Shown in pieces: positions 11,917-31,138 of a DNA stretch of 64,000 bases. Position 1 is the stretch's first letter. The number at the start of each line of letters is the position of its first letter. The stretch is from positions 372,001 to 436,000 of the forward strand of contig NIVC01000387.1 of the NCBI GenBank assembly GCA_002269645.1. Direction: 5' to 3'. A model generated the notes under the pieces. That model worked only from the letters and a program-made list of their open reading frames with translations, was not told the origin of the DNA and did not search any database. The translations under genes and the position numbers were made by a program. This DNA comes from Macrostomum lignano. Its lineage: Eukaryota.

Positions 11917-12457
11917 GCGTGAGTGAATACTGTCTTTCGTGGCTCGGAGACTGGGATATTTTTATTAACTCATCCCCTGCCTTCAGATCGTAGGGCGAGC
12001 GGACGGGAGCGTGTGAGAGGTGCAAAAAATATTGGGAAAATTTCCCCAGTTATCACGTTTTCTTTTTCCACTTTGCTTGGCTCTCGCGTTGCTGCATTCT
12101 TTCTTACTCGTAGCTTTTTGCTTAGTGACAAACGAATTGTTGCCATGGGCTGCCAGGCCGCTCTGCCCCCCCCCCCCCCTGGATGAGGACGGAACTGCAG
12201 CTATTAGTGAATTTTCATGAAATTTCTGGGGATCAATAGAAGCAGATAGCAATGTGCCAATGCTAATTTCAAGGTCACGACAAAATGCAGCTGTTTTTAG
12301 GTTCGTCAGGGCTTTTGCAGCAGCGTCCCTGCATCACGTGATCTGGCAGCTCGGTACCGCGAACTCGCCTGATCCTGGCTGTCTCGGCTGTACCCTCTTA
12401 ATCCTGTTTGATCCACCTCCGCATTCTGATCGCGCCGTCCGGTCTCCTCTCTCCCTC

Positions 12458-12665
12458 ATTCCAATCTCACTTCTACATTCTGATCTCATCTCTACATTCT
12501 GATCTCACCTCTCTCTCATTCTAATCTCATCTCTACGTTCTGATTTCACCTCTCTCTCATTCCAATCTCATCTCTACATTCTGATTTCACCTCTCTCTCA
12601 TTCCAATCTCATCTCTACATTCTGATTTCACCTCTCTCTCATTCCAATCTCATCTCTACATTCTG
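12458..12665 (+). repeat. 41-bp pyrimidine-rich minisatellite, about 5 copies
   Basis: TCTCTCTCATTCCAATCTCATCTCTACATTCTGATTTCACC, period 41. Confidence 0.85.
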
Positions 12666-12761
12666 ATCTTACATCTAATTTCTGATCTTCCCTCTTCCTC
12701 ATCTTAATCTCATCAATCCCTTATTATGCTCTCTTCTCCCTTTGATCTCATATCATCTCTT

Positions 12762-14975
12762 TGCTGATCACATTGCTTCCATACTGATCACATTGCTTCC
12801 ATGCTGATCACATTGCTTCTTATACTGATCACATTGCTTCCATGCTGATCAAATTGCTTCCATGCTGATCACATTGCTTCCATACTGATCACATTGCTTC
12901 CATGCTGATCACATTGCTTCCATGTTGATCACATTGCTTCCATGCTGATCACATTGCTTCTCATACTGATCACATTGCTTCTCATACTGATCACATTGCT
13001 TCCATGCTGATCACATTGCTTCCATGCTGATCAAATTGCTTCTATGCTGATCACATTGCTTCCATGCTGATCACATTGCTTCTCATACTGATCACATTGC
13101 TTCCATGCTGATCCCATTGCTTCTTTGCTGATCACATTGCTTCTCATACTGATCACATTGCTTCCATGCTGATCACATTGCTTCTCATACTGATCGCATT
13201 GCTTCCATTCTGATCCCATTGCTTCCTTGCTGATCACATTGCTTCTCATACTGATCGCATTGCTTCTCATACTGATCGCATTGCTTCCATGCTGATCACA
13301 TTGCTTCCATTCTGATCCCATTGCTTCCTTGCTGATCACATTGCTTCCATGCTGATCACATTGCTTCCATGTTGATCACATTGCTTCCATGCTGATCACA
13401 TTGCTTCTCATACTGATCACATTGCTTCTCATACTGATCACATTGCTTCCATGCTGATCACATTGCTTCTCATACTGATCACATTGCTTCCATGCTGATC
13501 CCATTGCTTCTTTGCTGATCACATTGCTTCTCATACTGATCACATTGCTTCCATGCTGATCACATTGCTTCTCATACTGATCGCATTGCTTCCATTCTGA
13601 TCCCATTGCTTCCTTGCTGATCACATTGCTTCTCATACTGATCGCATTGCTTCTCATACTGATCGCATTGCTTCCATGCTGATCACATTGCTTCCATTCT
13701 GATCCCATTGCTTCCTTGCTGATCACATTGCTTCTCATACTGATCGCATTGCTTCCATGCTGATCACATTGCTTCCATGCTGATCACATTGCTTCAATGC
13801 TGATCACATTGCTTCCATTCTGATCCCATTGCTTCCATGCTGATCACATTGCTTCTCATACTGATCACATTGCTTCCATGCTGATCACATTGCTTCTATG
13901 CTGATCACATTGCTTCCATGCTGATCACATTGCTTCCATGCTGATCACATTGCTTCCATGCTGATCACATTTCTTCTCATACTGATCACATTGCTTCTCA
14001 TACTGATCACATTGCTTCCATGCTGATCACATTGCTTCCATGCTGATCACATTGCTTCTCATACTGATCACATTGCTTCCATGCTGATCACATTGCTTCC
14101 ATGCTGATCACATTGCTTCCATTCTGATCCCATTGCTTCCATGCTGATCACATTGCTTCTCATACTGATCGCATTGCTTCCATGCTGATCACATTGCTTC
14201 CATGCTGATCACATTGCTTCCATGCTGATCACATTGCTTCTATGCTGATCACATTGCTTCCATGCTAATCACATTGCTTCTCATACTGATCACAATGCTT
14301 CCATGCTGATCACATTGCTTCCATGCTGATCAAATTGCTTCTATGCTGATCACATTGCTTCCATGCTGATCACATTGCTTCCATGCTGATCACATTGCTT
14401 CCATGCTGATCACATTGCTTCCATGCTGATCACATTGCTTCCATGCTGATCACATTGCTTCCATGCTGATCACATTGCTTCCATGCTGATCACATTGCTT
14501 CTCATACTGATCACATTGCTTCCATGCTGATCACATTGCTTCCATGCTGATCACATTGCTTCCATGCTGATCACATTGCTTCCATGCTGATCAAATTGCT
14601 TCCATGCTGATCACATTGCTTCCATGCTGATCAAATTGCTTCCATGTTGATCACATTGCTTCCATGCTGATCACATTGCTTCCATGCTGATCACATTACT
14701 TCATGCTGATCACATTGCTTCCATGCTGATCACATTGCTTCCTTACTGATCACATTGCTTCCATGCTGATCAAATTGCTTCCATGTTGATCACATTGCTT
14801 CCATGCTGATCAAATTGCTTCCATGTTGATCACATTGCTTCCATGCTGATCACATTGCTTCCATGCTGATCACATTACTTCATGCTGATCACATTGCTTC
14901 CATGCTGATCACATTACTTCATGCTGATCACATTGCTTCCATGCTGATCACATTGCTTCCTTACTGATCACATTG
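12762..14975 (+). repeat. 20/22-bp minisatellite (TGCTGATCACATTGCTTCCA / TACTGATCACATTGCTTCTCA), about 100 copies
   Basis: Direct inspection. Confidence 0.97.
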
Positions 14976-15636
14976 TTTCTCATGCGTATACACTGCAGTG
15001 TTTCCCCCAACTATCTAAGGCTGTCCGCCCCTCTGCATCGGTCCCGCTGCTTCCGCCACTGCAATTCCCAAACCATGGCCGCTGCATCTGCCCAGCTCTC
15101 ATGGAGTCATGCATCGGCAATGAGTGCGGTGAGTGTCAGCGAGAACCCTCCGAGCCTTGACTCCGATAAAAATGGCGGGCAACTTGGGTAGCCACAGCGG
15201 GACTCAAGCCGCATTCTTCATCCATTTGTGGCCCACTTTTCCTCTTCTCCAGAAAATGCTGGCCTGGCGACGGGAGCAGCTGCTGGGGCAAAACAATTGC
15301 ATGGGGAGGCTGGGGATGAAGAATGCATATCATGGCAGGGACCTGGGCGAGAGTCTCCCAGCCAATGGCAGCAGCGGGGCTTGCCTGAGATCGATGGGTT
15401 TGGGTGCCCGGCTCTCGCTCTCATTCTCAACCCCCCCCACCTCCTCCTTCGCCTTTCGGTCTCGTCCAGCTGAAAAGCTGCGCCAAGCAGCGCTGGCTGC
15501 CTGAAAGCAACATCTATCATTGCTTTGCGGCTAAGTAGCCACATAGAAATCCTCCCCGAGGCGAGCAGGCGCGAGGCTGGCTGGACTTTAGTCTCAGGCA
15601 AAGAGCCAGGCTGAGAACGGAGGCGCCCAGCGGTCT

Positions 15637-15818
15637 ATGTTCCACCAGAGCCGGAACCTGCACGACCACAGCAGGCAGCAGCGGCAGCACCAGGTCAGGC
15701 GGTCCCGGCTCGCCAGGTCATCCAGGTCGCGGTCTCGCTCCGGCTCGCCGTCCCGTCCGAGGTCTTGCAGCCAATCGCCGGATAGAAGCTATGCGTTTGT
15801 AGAGGCCGAACCCAGACG
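15637..15818 (+). CDS. Candidate Arg/Ser-rich exon (possible upstream coding exon of the innexin)
   Basis: Open frame MFHQSRNLHDHSRQQRQHQVRRSRLARSSRSRSRSGSPSRPRSCSQSPDRSYAFVEAEPR ends at donor CG|GTGAGG (15819), which is followed by G-rich repeats. No homology evidence. Confidence 0.3.
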
Positions 15819-15824
15819 GTGAGG

Positions 15825-16130
15825 GCTGAGGCTGGGGCTGGGGCTGGGGCTGGGACTTGGACTGGGGCTGGGACTGTTGTTGGGGTTGGGGCTGGAGCTG
15901 GGACTGAGGCTGGAGCTGGGGCTGGGGCTGTGGCTGGGGCTGGGACTAGGGCTGGGGCTGGGGCTGGGGCTGGGGCTGGGGCTGGAGCTGGGGCTGGGGC
16001 TGTGGCTGGGGCTGGGACTGGGGCTGGGGCTGGGGCTAGGTTTGTGCTGGGGCTGGGGCTGGGGCTGGGGCTGGGGCTGGGGCTGGTGCTGGTGCTGGGG
16101 CTGGGGCTGGGACTGTGGCTAGGGCAGGGC
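15825..16130 (+). repeat. (GGGGCT)n hexamer repeat, G-quadruplex-capable
   Basis: About 50 units with GGAGCT/GGGACT/TGTGGCT variants. Confidence 0.95.
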
Positions 16131-16593
16131 TGATGGAGCTCCCTGGGGGTTGAACAATTTGATAGGGCGAGAGATTTTAACGGCCATACGGCACGGGCGC
16201 TCTTGAGTTCGTTGAAAAGATGATAATGCTCAGATTAAACAGGATGAGATGAGATTGAAATCCTTAATTTCAACATCCATCAACTAATCTTATTTCCCAA
16301 AGAATATTATTTCTAATGCATCTCAGGCGCGCCACGTAGATGGCACATCCTGATACGATGGATAATTGTATTGTCGGATACCCGACTAACTTTTTTGAGG
16401 CGTGACCGCTTAGTCAGATCGGAATAATTGTGGTGAAGCTAATTAAATTCAGATCAGTGTTGACAGCTCGTGCTTGGATGCCAAGCTTAGGTTTGAGTTT
16501 CTTCCACCCAGAGAATTTATTCAAGGACCACTGATTGCTTTTGAAAGGGATGAAACAGATCTCACATCACAAATCTCCCTGCTAATTCTTATA

Positions 16594-17880
16594 ATAGATA
16601 TCGGGAAATTCTCCCTGATGGTACTTGTATTAGATATTGGGGAATTCTCCCTGATGATGCTTGCATTAGATATTGGGGAATTCTCCCTGATGATGCTTGC
16701 ATTAGATATTGGGGAATTCTCCCTGATAAATGCTTGTATTAGATATTGGGGAATTCTCCTTGATAATGCTTGCATTGGATATTGGGGAATTCTCTCTGAT
16801 AAATGCTTGCATTGGATATTGGGGAATTCTCTCTGAAAAATGCTTGCATTAGATATTGGGGAATTCTCTCTGATAAATGCTTGTATTAGATATTGGGGAA
16901 TTCTCCTTGATAATGCTTGCATTGGATATTGGGGAATTCTCCTTGATAATGCTTGCATTAGATATTGGGGAATTCTCTCTGATAAATGCTTGCATTGGAT
17001 ATTGGGGAATTCTCTCTGATAAATGCTTGCATTAGATATCGGGGAATTCTCCCTGATGATGCTTGCATTAGATACTGGGGAATTCTCTCTGATAAATGCT
17101 TGCATTAGATATTGGGTAATTCTCTCTGATAAATGCTTGCATTAGATACTGGGGAATTCTCTCTGATAAATGCTTGCATTAGATATTGGGGAATTCTCTC
17201 TGATAAATGCTTGCATTAGATATCGGGGAATTCTCCCTGATGATGCTTGCATTAGATATTGGGGAATTCTCTCTGATAAATGCTTGCATTAGATATTGGG
17301 TAATTCTCTCTGATAAATGCTTGCATTAGATACTGGGGAATTCTCTCTGATAAATGCTTGCATTAGATATTGGGTAATTCTCTCTGATAAATGCTTGCAT
17401 TAGATACTGGGGAATTCTCCCTGATAAATGCTTGCATTAGATACTGGGGAATTCTCCCTGATAAATGCTTGCATTGGATATTTTGGAATTCTCCTTGATA
17501 ATGCTTGCATTAGATATTGGGGAATTCTCTCTGATAAATGATTTCATTAGATATTGGGGAATTCTCTCTGATAAATGATTTCATTAGATATTGGGGAATT
17601 CTCTCTGATAAATGCTTGCATTAGATATTGGGTAATTCTCTCTGATAAATGCTTGCATTAGATACTGGGGAATTCTCCCTGATAAATGCTTGCATTGGAT
17701 ATTTTGGAATTCTCCTTGATAATGCTTGCATTAGATATTGGGGAATTCTCTCTGATAAATGCTTGCATTAGATATTGGGGAATTCTCTCTGATAAATGTT
17801 TGCATTAGATATTGGGGAATTCTCCCTGATGATTCTTGCATTAGATACTGGGGAATTCTCCCTGATGGTGCTTGTATTAG
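16594..17880 (+). repeat. 36/37-bp minisatellite (GCATTAGATATTGGGGAATTCTCTCTGATAAATGCTT), about 35 copies
   Basis: Direct inspection. Most units carry GAATTC. Confidence 0.97.
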
Positions 17881-18415
17881 CCTCTCTAATGCTTCCTGTT
17901 GAAAGAGCAGACGGTCCATCATGCAGCTGACGCCAGTATTTGATATCAAGATTTCAATTGCTGCACAACTCAGACTGTCTATTAGCCAGGACTGCGCCAG
18001 TTCAAGATCAGCTGTCATATCGTGGCATTCGGGGTCACGAGCGCCCCCCCCCCGCCACCCGCGGTGTCCGGGCGGCCGCGGCCAAATGAGCCACGAAGCG
18101 CTCCGAGGCAAGCTTAGAGAGAGTGCGCCATTGATTGGGGCGGCTCGGGGCTGAGGGCAAATTAATTGCATTGAGGATAATAACTGAGGGCGCCCGTCTC
18201 CCTCGCCTGTTGCATTCATTTGGGCACAAAAAGCGCTCAAAGTGCTTCTGCCAGCACGCGAGCCGAATTGTCAAATCCAAAGAAATCAAGGGGAAAACAC
18301 AATTCCCAATCCACCTGAAATTATTGCATTGCCTCTTGAGTCTCCTGGTTTCATCACTGATATTTCCCATGTAGTCTCTGCTCATCCTACGTCTCACCTC
18401 TCCCGAACCCTCTAT

Positions 18416-18987
18416 CCATCCCACCTGTGTCCCATCCCACCTGTGTCCCATCCCACCTGTGTCCCATCCCACCTGTGTCCCATCCCACCTGTGTCCCATC
18501 CCACCTGTGTCCCATCTCACCTGTGTCACATCCCACCTGTGTCACATCCCACCTGTGTCCCATCCCACCTGTGTCTCATCTCACCTGTGTCCCATCCCAC
18601 CTGTGTCCCATCCCACCTGTGTCCCATCTCACCTGTGTCCCATCTCACCTGTGTCTCATCCCAACTGTGTCCCATCCCACCTGTGTCCCATCCCACCTGT
18701 GTCCCATCCCACCTGTGTCCCATCCCACCTGTGTCCAATCCCACCTGTGTCCCATCCCACCTGTGTCCCATCCCACCTGTGTCCCATCCCACCTGTGTCC
18801 CATCCCACCTGTGTCCCATCCCACCTGTGTCCCATCCCACCTGTGTCCCATCCCACCTGTGTCCCATCCCACCTGTGTCCCATCCCACCTGTGTCCCATC
18901 CCACCTGTGTCCCATCCCACCTGTGTCCCATCCCACCTGTGTCCCATCCCACCTGTGTCCCATCCCACCTGTGTCCCATCCCACCTG
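18416..18987 (+). repeat. 16-bp minisatellite (CCCATCCCACCTGTGT), about 35 copies
   Basis: Direct inspection. Confidence 0.97.
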
Positions 18988-19523
18988 CTGCTGACTCGAT
19001 GCGGCTCACAGAAGCGCTGGACTAATCCCCCCCACCTCATCCCTCCGTCCTTCCAGCATTTCCTGGCCTAGCCTGAATCTGAGACGCTGAGGCCCTCTGT
19101 TTACCGAGTTAACTTCCTGGGAGGTCCCAGTGAGGAGCGGGGAGTCGGGGAGAAGAGAAATTCTAGACGGAAGCGAGTAGTTTCCGTCAGCGAGGCGGCC
19201 GGGTGTTAAAGGAGCTGGACAGAGCTGCGGGCGGGGGGGGGGGCGATGCCTACAGGTGAGTCCGGCTGCTCACTTAGTGCTCAGGCTGAGAGCAGCTGAT
19301 TATCAAAATCTGATTAAATTGGATTTCTGCTCGCATCAAAGACTGGAGGGGGGCTGAATTCGATTGCAAAGATGGGGAATTAAATGGGATTTGGTAAGCC
19401 GCTGCAGGATGGCTGAGTGAAGAATGCGAAACAGCCTTAATTGGGACTGTCAGGCTGTTCTGCGCTCAAGGGGTTGAGCAGCAAAGGGAGAAATTCCCAA
19501 GAGATGGATTTAAATGGGCGATT

Positions 19524-19975
19524 TTGATCATGGGTGATTATCATCAAAGGTGATTATCATCAGGGGTAATTATCATCAGGGGTAATCATCATCATGGGTG
19601 ATTATCATCAAAGGTGATTATCATCAGGGGTAATTATCATCAGGGGTGATTATCATCAAGGGTGATTATCATCAGGGTGATTATCATCAAGGGTGATTAT
19701 TTATCATCAGGGGTGATTTTAATTAGTTGTGATTAATCATCATGGGTGATTATCATCATGGGTGATTATCATCAAGGGTGATTATCATCAAGGGTGATTA
19801 TCATCAAGGGTGATTATCATCAGGGTGATTATCATCAAGGGTGATTATTTATCATCAGGGGTGATTTTAATTAGTTGTGATTAATCATCATGGGTGATTA
19901 TCATCATGGGTGATTATCATCATGGGTGATTATCATCAGGGGTGATTATCATTAAGGGTGATTATCATCAGGGAC
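19524..19975 (+). repeat. About 16-bp minisatellite (GGGTGATTATCATCA(A/T/G))
   Basis: Direct inspection. Includes a duplicated higher-order block with TTTTAATTAGTTG. Confidence 0.9.
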
Positions 19976-21614
19976 GATTATCGTCAAGTAAGATTTTCAG
20001 AAGTGATTTATCCCAAACAGTACTATAAAGGTTGGTTCTTCGGCATCAACTCTAAACCTAAGTAGTGATTCTTAGGTGGGGCGATTCTCAGTGGGGCGAT
20101 TCTCAAAGGGGCGATTCTCAGGGGGGGGGGGCGATTCCTGAAAGGTGCATCACTCTGCCCCGCAGTTGGCCAGTGCAATCGCATTGCAAGGCCAGCGGGG
20201 GTCAGCCACCTTCGCGTGGGTGGCTTCTTGCTGACATACTTTTTTTAGTTTCTCACTTTTCCTCTCCTGCGCTGCTGCATCCGCCCTGCAGCTGCCGTCC
20301 TGCCTCGGGCGACCGTCAACTCAGTGATTTCGTGACACTGCCGGCCCGAGCGTGCGCCAGGGGGATTAGGCAAACAGTGGGGCAGGTTAGAAATGGGGAG
20401 CAGGATTATGAAGGCTGCTCCCTGCTCAGGCCGTGCCCTCCTTGGCAGGTGACTCCCAACGGATGCTGCTGGCCCCCTGGGGGAGGCCCGAAGCAGCGGA
20501 TAATAATCTTGAGGCGTTTCCCTCCCGGCCTCGCCTTCTACCGTCTCTCTCCCCCTATCTGCTCCGGGCCTCTCTTTGTTTCCTATTGAGGAGGAAAATT
20601 ATTCAAACCCGGCTATCCGGCCGCCTCGCGCAGCCAGCGCTGAGCAACTCAAATTTTATAAAATCTTGCGCGCTGCTTCCCCTCTTCTCCGTCTCTCCAT
20701 TGCCACCCCTACTTTCTCCCTTCCCTGATGCCCCCAGCTTCCTTCTCGCTCCTCATCAGTCCGGGGACTAGCGGGAGTCCCTCCTCTATCTGCAACTCCC
20801 CAGCAGCAGCTCCCTCCAACAATGTTGCTTTCCGCTCCCAACAGGTGGGAATCACCCGCTGCCAGAAAGACAGTTCGCTTTGTCTCCGGGCCTGGCCTGG
20901 GCGAGGCTCTGCCTGTCCCAGCCTCCCTGCTCCATCCAGCCTCCGCTTTCACGCCTTCCGACCCCCTCCCCGGCTAGTTAATCCCCAATTTGCATTGTGC
21001 TGCGGCCCTGAGTTCTGCCCCCCTCCCCTCGGCAGCAAGTTGGCGGCCTTGGTTTTCAATTGACAATCACTACTGACTCGAGTAGTAGCGCGACTCGACC
21101 TGACTATTTTAGCTGTGTGGCTTTTCCCCCAGAGGCATACTGAGTGCAGAGTTTGTGAGCGAAGCCCTCCTGTTTGCGATAGAAGCCCGCTGATGGGATG
21201 TCAGCGCTGTCAAATCATCCTCCATACAGTTGGTAGTTGTCATGGCAACAATAATGGAAATGCAGCAGCAAAAGCAGTTGCAGGTCACGGAGCCTCGGGA
21301 ATTTCACTCAGCCGTGTCCCCAGCTGCATCTCGGCGCCGCGACGTAGCGGAGAAGCTGGGGCGCTGGGCTGCCAGCTTTTTGCATTGTCTGGTTGGGGCG
21401 CCTGCAGTGGCATCTGGGGTGGCCTCTCTGGCACCTCAAGTGGCTTCCCAGCTCGCATTTCTTCCCCAACACGCAAGCAGCGGCCTCCTTCTCTGCCAGC
21501 GACCCCTTTCCGTTCTCCAGTCTCGGCTATCGATTCGCAACTCTCCCCATTTCGGCCGTGAGTAGTGAATTGCAGACAGCACCTGCGAAATATAGCCAGC
21601 CATCAAACTGCTAT

Positions 21615-21923
21615 TCTCAATAAGTCACCAATCATTCTCAATGAGTCACCAATCATTCTCAATGAGTCACCAATCACTCTCAATGAGTCACCAATCATTC
21701 TCAATGAGTCACCAATCATTCTCAATGAGTCACCAATCATTCTCAATGAGTCACCAATCATTCTCAATGAGTCACCAATCATTCTCAATGAGTCACCAAT
21801 CACTCTCAATGAGTCACCAATCATTCTCAATGAGTCACCAATCATTCTCAATGAGTCACCAATCACTCTCAATAAGTCACCAATCACTCTCAACGAGTCA
21901 CCAATCATTCTCAATGAGTCACC
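21615..21923 (+). repeat. 21-bp minisatellite (TCTCAATGAGTCACCAATCA(T/C)), about 15 copies
   Basis: Direct inspection. Confidence 0.95.
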
Positions 21924-21928
21924 CTAGA

Positions 21929-22095
21929 GAACCCTGGAGTCACGTCAGAGTCACATCAGTCACGTCAGAGTCACATCAGTCACGTCAGAGTCACATCAGT
22001 CACGTCAGAGTCACATCAGTCACGTCAGAGTCACATCAGTCACGTCAGAGTCACATCAGTCACCTCAGAGTCACATCAGTCACGTCAGAGTCACA
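21929..22095 (+). repeat. 20-bp minisatellite (CAGTCACGTCAGAGTCACAT), about 8 copies
   Basis: Direct inspection. Confidence 0.95.
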
Positions 22096-25000
22096 CCAGA
22101 TCTCTCACCCTTAGCTGAGCAGCAAACTCTCCAGTGTTAAGCGCACGAAGCTGCTCAGCCCTCCTTTTTCAGGAAGACTCCTTCTTCATTTCGCATTCAG
22201 GTCTCGTCCTCGTCTTCGCCCAGTTTCCAGCCACTCCCTCATCAACGGTGCAGCAGTTCGCGGCTTCCTGCCCGGCTCAGTTGGGCCGCCCGGCCGCCTC
22301 AGGCAGCCCCAGGCAAGGGGCAGGCGAGTTTGCTCACAAACAGAGCAATAGCAGAGCAAATACAAGAAAGAAAACTTGCCGCTAAAAATAGACGAAAAAC
22401 TAAAAGAATAACCGCTGAAACTTGTCAGCAAAAGCAGAGCCGGCTGCAACAAAATCCTTCGAGAGTACGGCATCGATTGCTGCTTGCTCTCGAAGCGGCG
22501 GACCTGCCGCGCCCCGGGTCAGCGGGAGAAGTCCGCCTGCCGGAAGCTCGGCTGGGGGGAGCGCTGGTTCAGGGATGACGGATCGGAGGCAGCTGGACCG
22601 TTCAGAGGCGATAAATATTAATGCTTCCACTGCCCCTCAGCCTCCAGGCTTGCCCGGCAGGCAGGACTGCTCCGGTTTGTTGCGCCCTGGTTCAGCAGCG
22701 CTTTCCTCTTTCAGTGCAGTCCAGATCAATCTCATGTCTTCTCGATCCCCTGCTTCCTCCAGACTCCTTTTCCCTCTCAACCTCCTCTTTGCCCTCTCTT
22801 TTCTCCCCTCTCTTTTCTCCCCTCTCTTTTCTCCCCTCTCCTTTCTTCCCTCTCCCCTCTCCTCTCCCCTCTCTCTTCTCTCCTCTCTAATCTCCCCCTC
22901 TAATCTCTCGCCTCTCCTCTCTCCACTCTCTTCTTTTTCTATCCTCTCTCCCCTCTCCTCCCTCTCCTCTCTCCTATCCAATCTCATATTTCTTTTCTTT
23001 TAAAAACATTCAAATCTTTTACTCCTCTAAAACCAGAGCTCCTCACCGCTCCCTTTCCAAATCCTCGATTCTATTTTTGATCAAGCCGAAGTCCTTTGTT
23101 TTCCTCCCTCCTGCTGGCAGAGGCTCGGCTTGCTTTCGGCACCTTTTTTAGCCAGCAGCCTTCGTTCGTTCTTTCTTTCTTCGACTCTCTTCGCCTCAGC
23201 TTCTGCCGTTTAGCGGGGGCTCGTCAGGCAGCCTTCCTCCCCCGCCCCCGCTCCGCGCCGCTGACGCACCGGCAGCTTGGCAGCAGTCCAGGCCGGCCCG
23301 ATCCGCAGCCCCAGATAAGAGCAGCCCAGCGGCAGGAGCACCAGCTCTCCCTGGCCAGCGCTAAAGTACCTCAGTGCCTCGGCTCACAACTGTCCCATTT
23401 TCGCATTTTAATTCACGCATCCAGGCTATTGGGCCGGCAGTTCTTCCGAGTGGCCGCTGATTAAACATTTCATCGGCAAAGGAGAATGAGATAAGAAACG
23501 CCCACTAAAAGCCCCGCATGCCCATTGTGGAATTATTGTCAGAGTGGGACGGGCGCTCAGTGAGTGCTGAGGAGAAACGGTGCGGCTGAAGGAGGCAGCC
23601 AGTGGGAGCTCCTCCCTGCCTGTGCAAAGAAAAATAGAGAAGGAGAGGGTAGAGACAGAGAGGGGGAGAGGCAGCCTCTCCACTTCAGCGGCTCCGACCT
23701 GCTGAGTGGCCGCTGGCTTGGGCGACGGAAAGTGGAGGCCGCCTCCTCCCTGCCCTCGCGGCTACGGACCATCGACCAGCCCGGCTGCGGCCCACCCCAG
23801 GCCGGCGCCAACCCCGCCTGCCGCGTACGCTGGAGGACTTCCCCAAGCCTGCACCTCTCCTCTCCCTTCCCCTGTCTCTCCCACTCCCCCTTTGCTCCCC
23901 GCAGCCCCAAGCCATTTATCTGCAGTAGGCAGCCCCCCCCCCTCTGTGCTTTGGCGATGCCAAATTTGCATCTCTTGAGCCGGCGATTCCTCATGCCAGC
24001 CGAGTTTTGACAATTGCCGCAGCACAATAGCCCTGCTAGCCCCGCGGCGGAGCACTTTGAGGCGATGCTTCCGTCTGAGCAGCCGCTCTGCCGCGCCCGC
24101 CTGGCATAGCCGCCACCGGCCACTCGAGTTCAGCGAGAAAGTCGCGCTGGGTGGCGCCCGGAGCCAAGTTGAGAAACAGTCGGCGCTGGCTGGTCTTCCA
24201 AGTGAGTGCGCCGGAGCCGCGGCTGAAGTGCCGGCCCGGCTTCCGCTGGGGAGTGCCGCTTGGGCTAAGATCCCTGAGCATCCTGGTGTGAGTTGCCGCT
24301 CTGGACTGACCACAGCGGCTGAGTGGGTGCCATTGCGTGAGGCCGGTGAGATCAGCATTCAATCCCACTGCTGAGTCTTGATTAGCTTCGCGTTCCTCAG
24401 CTCCCAGGGAATACATTATTCCTTTCTCGCCTCCGCAACCGGCATCCCATTTCTGTCGGAAATTGCTGGGATCAGTCATGAAATATGAATGCAGTTATTA
24501 GGAATTAGTAGGCTGACGCTCCGGCTGACGAGAGTTCCTATAAGAAATGACCCATTTTCATCCTAATTGCCATCATAGCCCGGTTTGGCCCATAGACAAT
24601 GAAGCGTCGATCAGCTGATTTGCGCGTGTCAAGTTTGAATTGAAAAAAAAACATTAAAATCCATGTTGCTTTTAACGCTAATCCACAGGGGATTAGTGTA
24701 CGGATTAGTGTAAGGGCAGCACTCAGCTGTGGAATGTCCAGCCCGGCCCCACCAGTCAGGTCAATCGCAGCGGAGCGCGGGCGCAGAATTCAGCACACTG
24801 CCAGTTCCAACAGGCTAACTGCTTTTGAGCTGGGCGGTTAGCGTTTTTATAGGCATTTGTTGGATAAGCTGCCCAAGGCAAGCGCCGCATCCCATACTGT
24901 CCGAGTCCCGAGCCGGCCCGCGGGGCTCAGACTCTCTTCCCCATCGGATGGAAAAAGGGTGGAGAAGCTGGAAAGGCCCGACTGTGTGTTGTTTTAATGG

Positions 25001-25169
25001 AACAGCTTTTGGGCGCGCGTGACAAAGGCGGGAAAGTGAAACCGGGCCTGGGCGGGCAGCAGCGCCTGCGTCTTGCGTGGGATACCCAGCTCGGTCTTCT
25101 TCCCCTCTGGAGTTAAACCAATTGGATTTGGGACGTAAAGACTTCGGTAGAACAAGTTATCGATGGAGT

Positions 25170-25520
<351 letters not shown>

Positions 25521-25571
25521 TGCACATAAACAAATACTTAACCAAAAAGTAAACAAACTTCTCATTTCAGA

Positions 25572-30201
<4,630 letters not shown>

Positions 30202-31138
30202 CGGCTTGGCCAGCCTGTCAACAGCATAGCAACCGCAAGTTTCCCTTTGGATACGGAACTGTTTCAAAGTGTGCCGAGATTCATTTGGAAAAAAACTGTT
30301 GCTAAGACTCTGATGGCCGCCTCATCCTCGGACCCACCGCTGCGCTTCTCGCTTTCACTGACTGACAAAAATGCTCTGTAGTTGCTGTGCAGATTATCTG
30401 ATATGTTTGTTGCATTCAAGTTTTGTTCCTCTGTTTGGCATTCGTTCCAGTTCTAACCAGCAGCCTTGAGCCCCGGCCCGGCTGGCAGTATTCCGCCTAT
30501 GCTTGCTGGCATTGTAGATTGGCAGCCATACATGTCTCCCTCACCGAACTCACAGAGCTCCTGCAGTTTGCGTCCGCGGTCATAGCTGTCCATGACAACT
30601 TATTCTGCACTGTGCGCTCGCCTTGGCCTCCCGCAGCCCGGACCCGCCTTCTCCGCTTTGCGAATTTCGCCCGCCGCCACTCACTACTGTTAGTAGCAAG
30701 ATAGCGGCAGCTTAGAATTAATTTGATAATAGGAACTGAATTTCGTAGCAAATTCTACACGATAGCAACAATTTTTGCTTTGCCCGCTGTCCCCTCTGCG
30801 AACCTTAACTTTCTCATACCTCTGTCTAAGTCGCTACTTTAATTGCTTCTAGCCATGAAAGACTCGATGTTTCTCTGTTTTGCTATTCTTTGCGCCTTTC
30901 CAACTGCGATTTGTGTACAGTAGCCGGTTGTCCAGGAAATGCTTTGCGCTTTAAATAGTGAAACATCAGCTGACTCGACTCAGTGTCAGCTGAAATCCAC
31001 CGCGCCTCCGAACTGCATTCGGCTGCAAATTTATTCGCTAAATTAGAAACTCAGGCTTTACTGTCTTTCGTCTTCTGAGGGCCGATTTCAGCATGGATCG
31101 GAAGAACGAAGCTGAGAAACTGCGGACGATCCGAGCTT

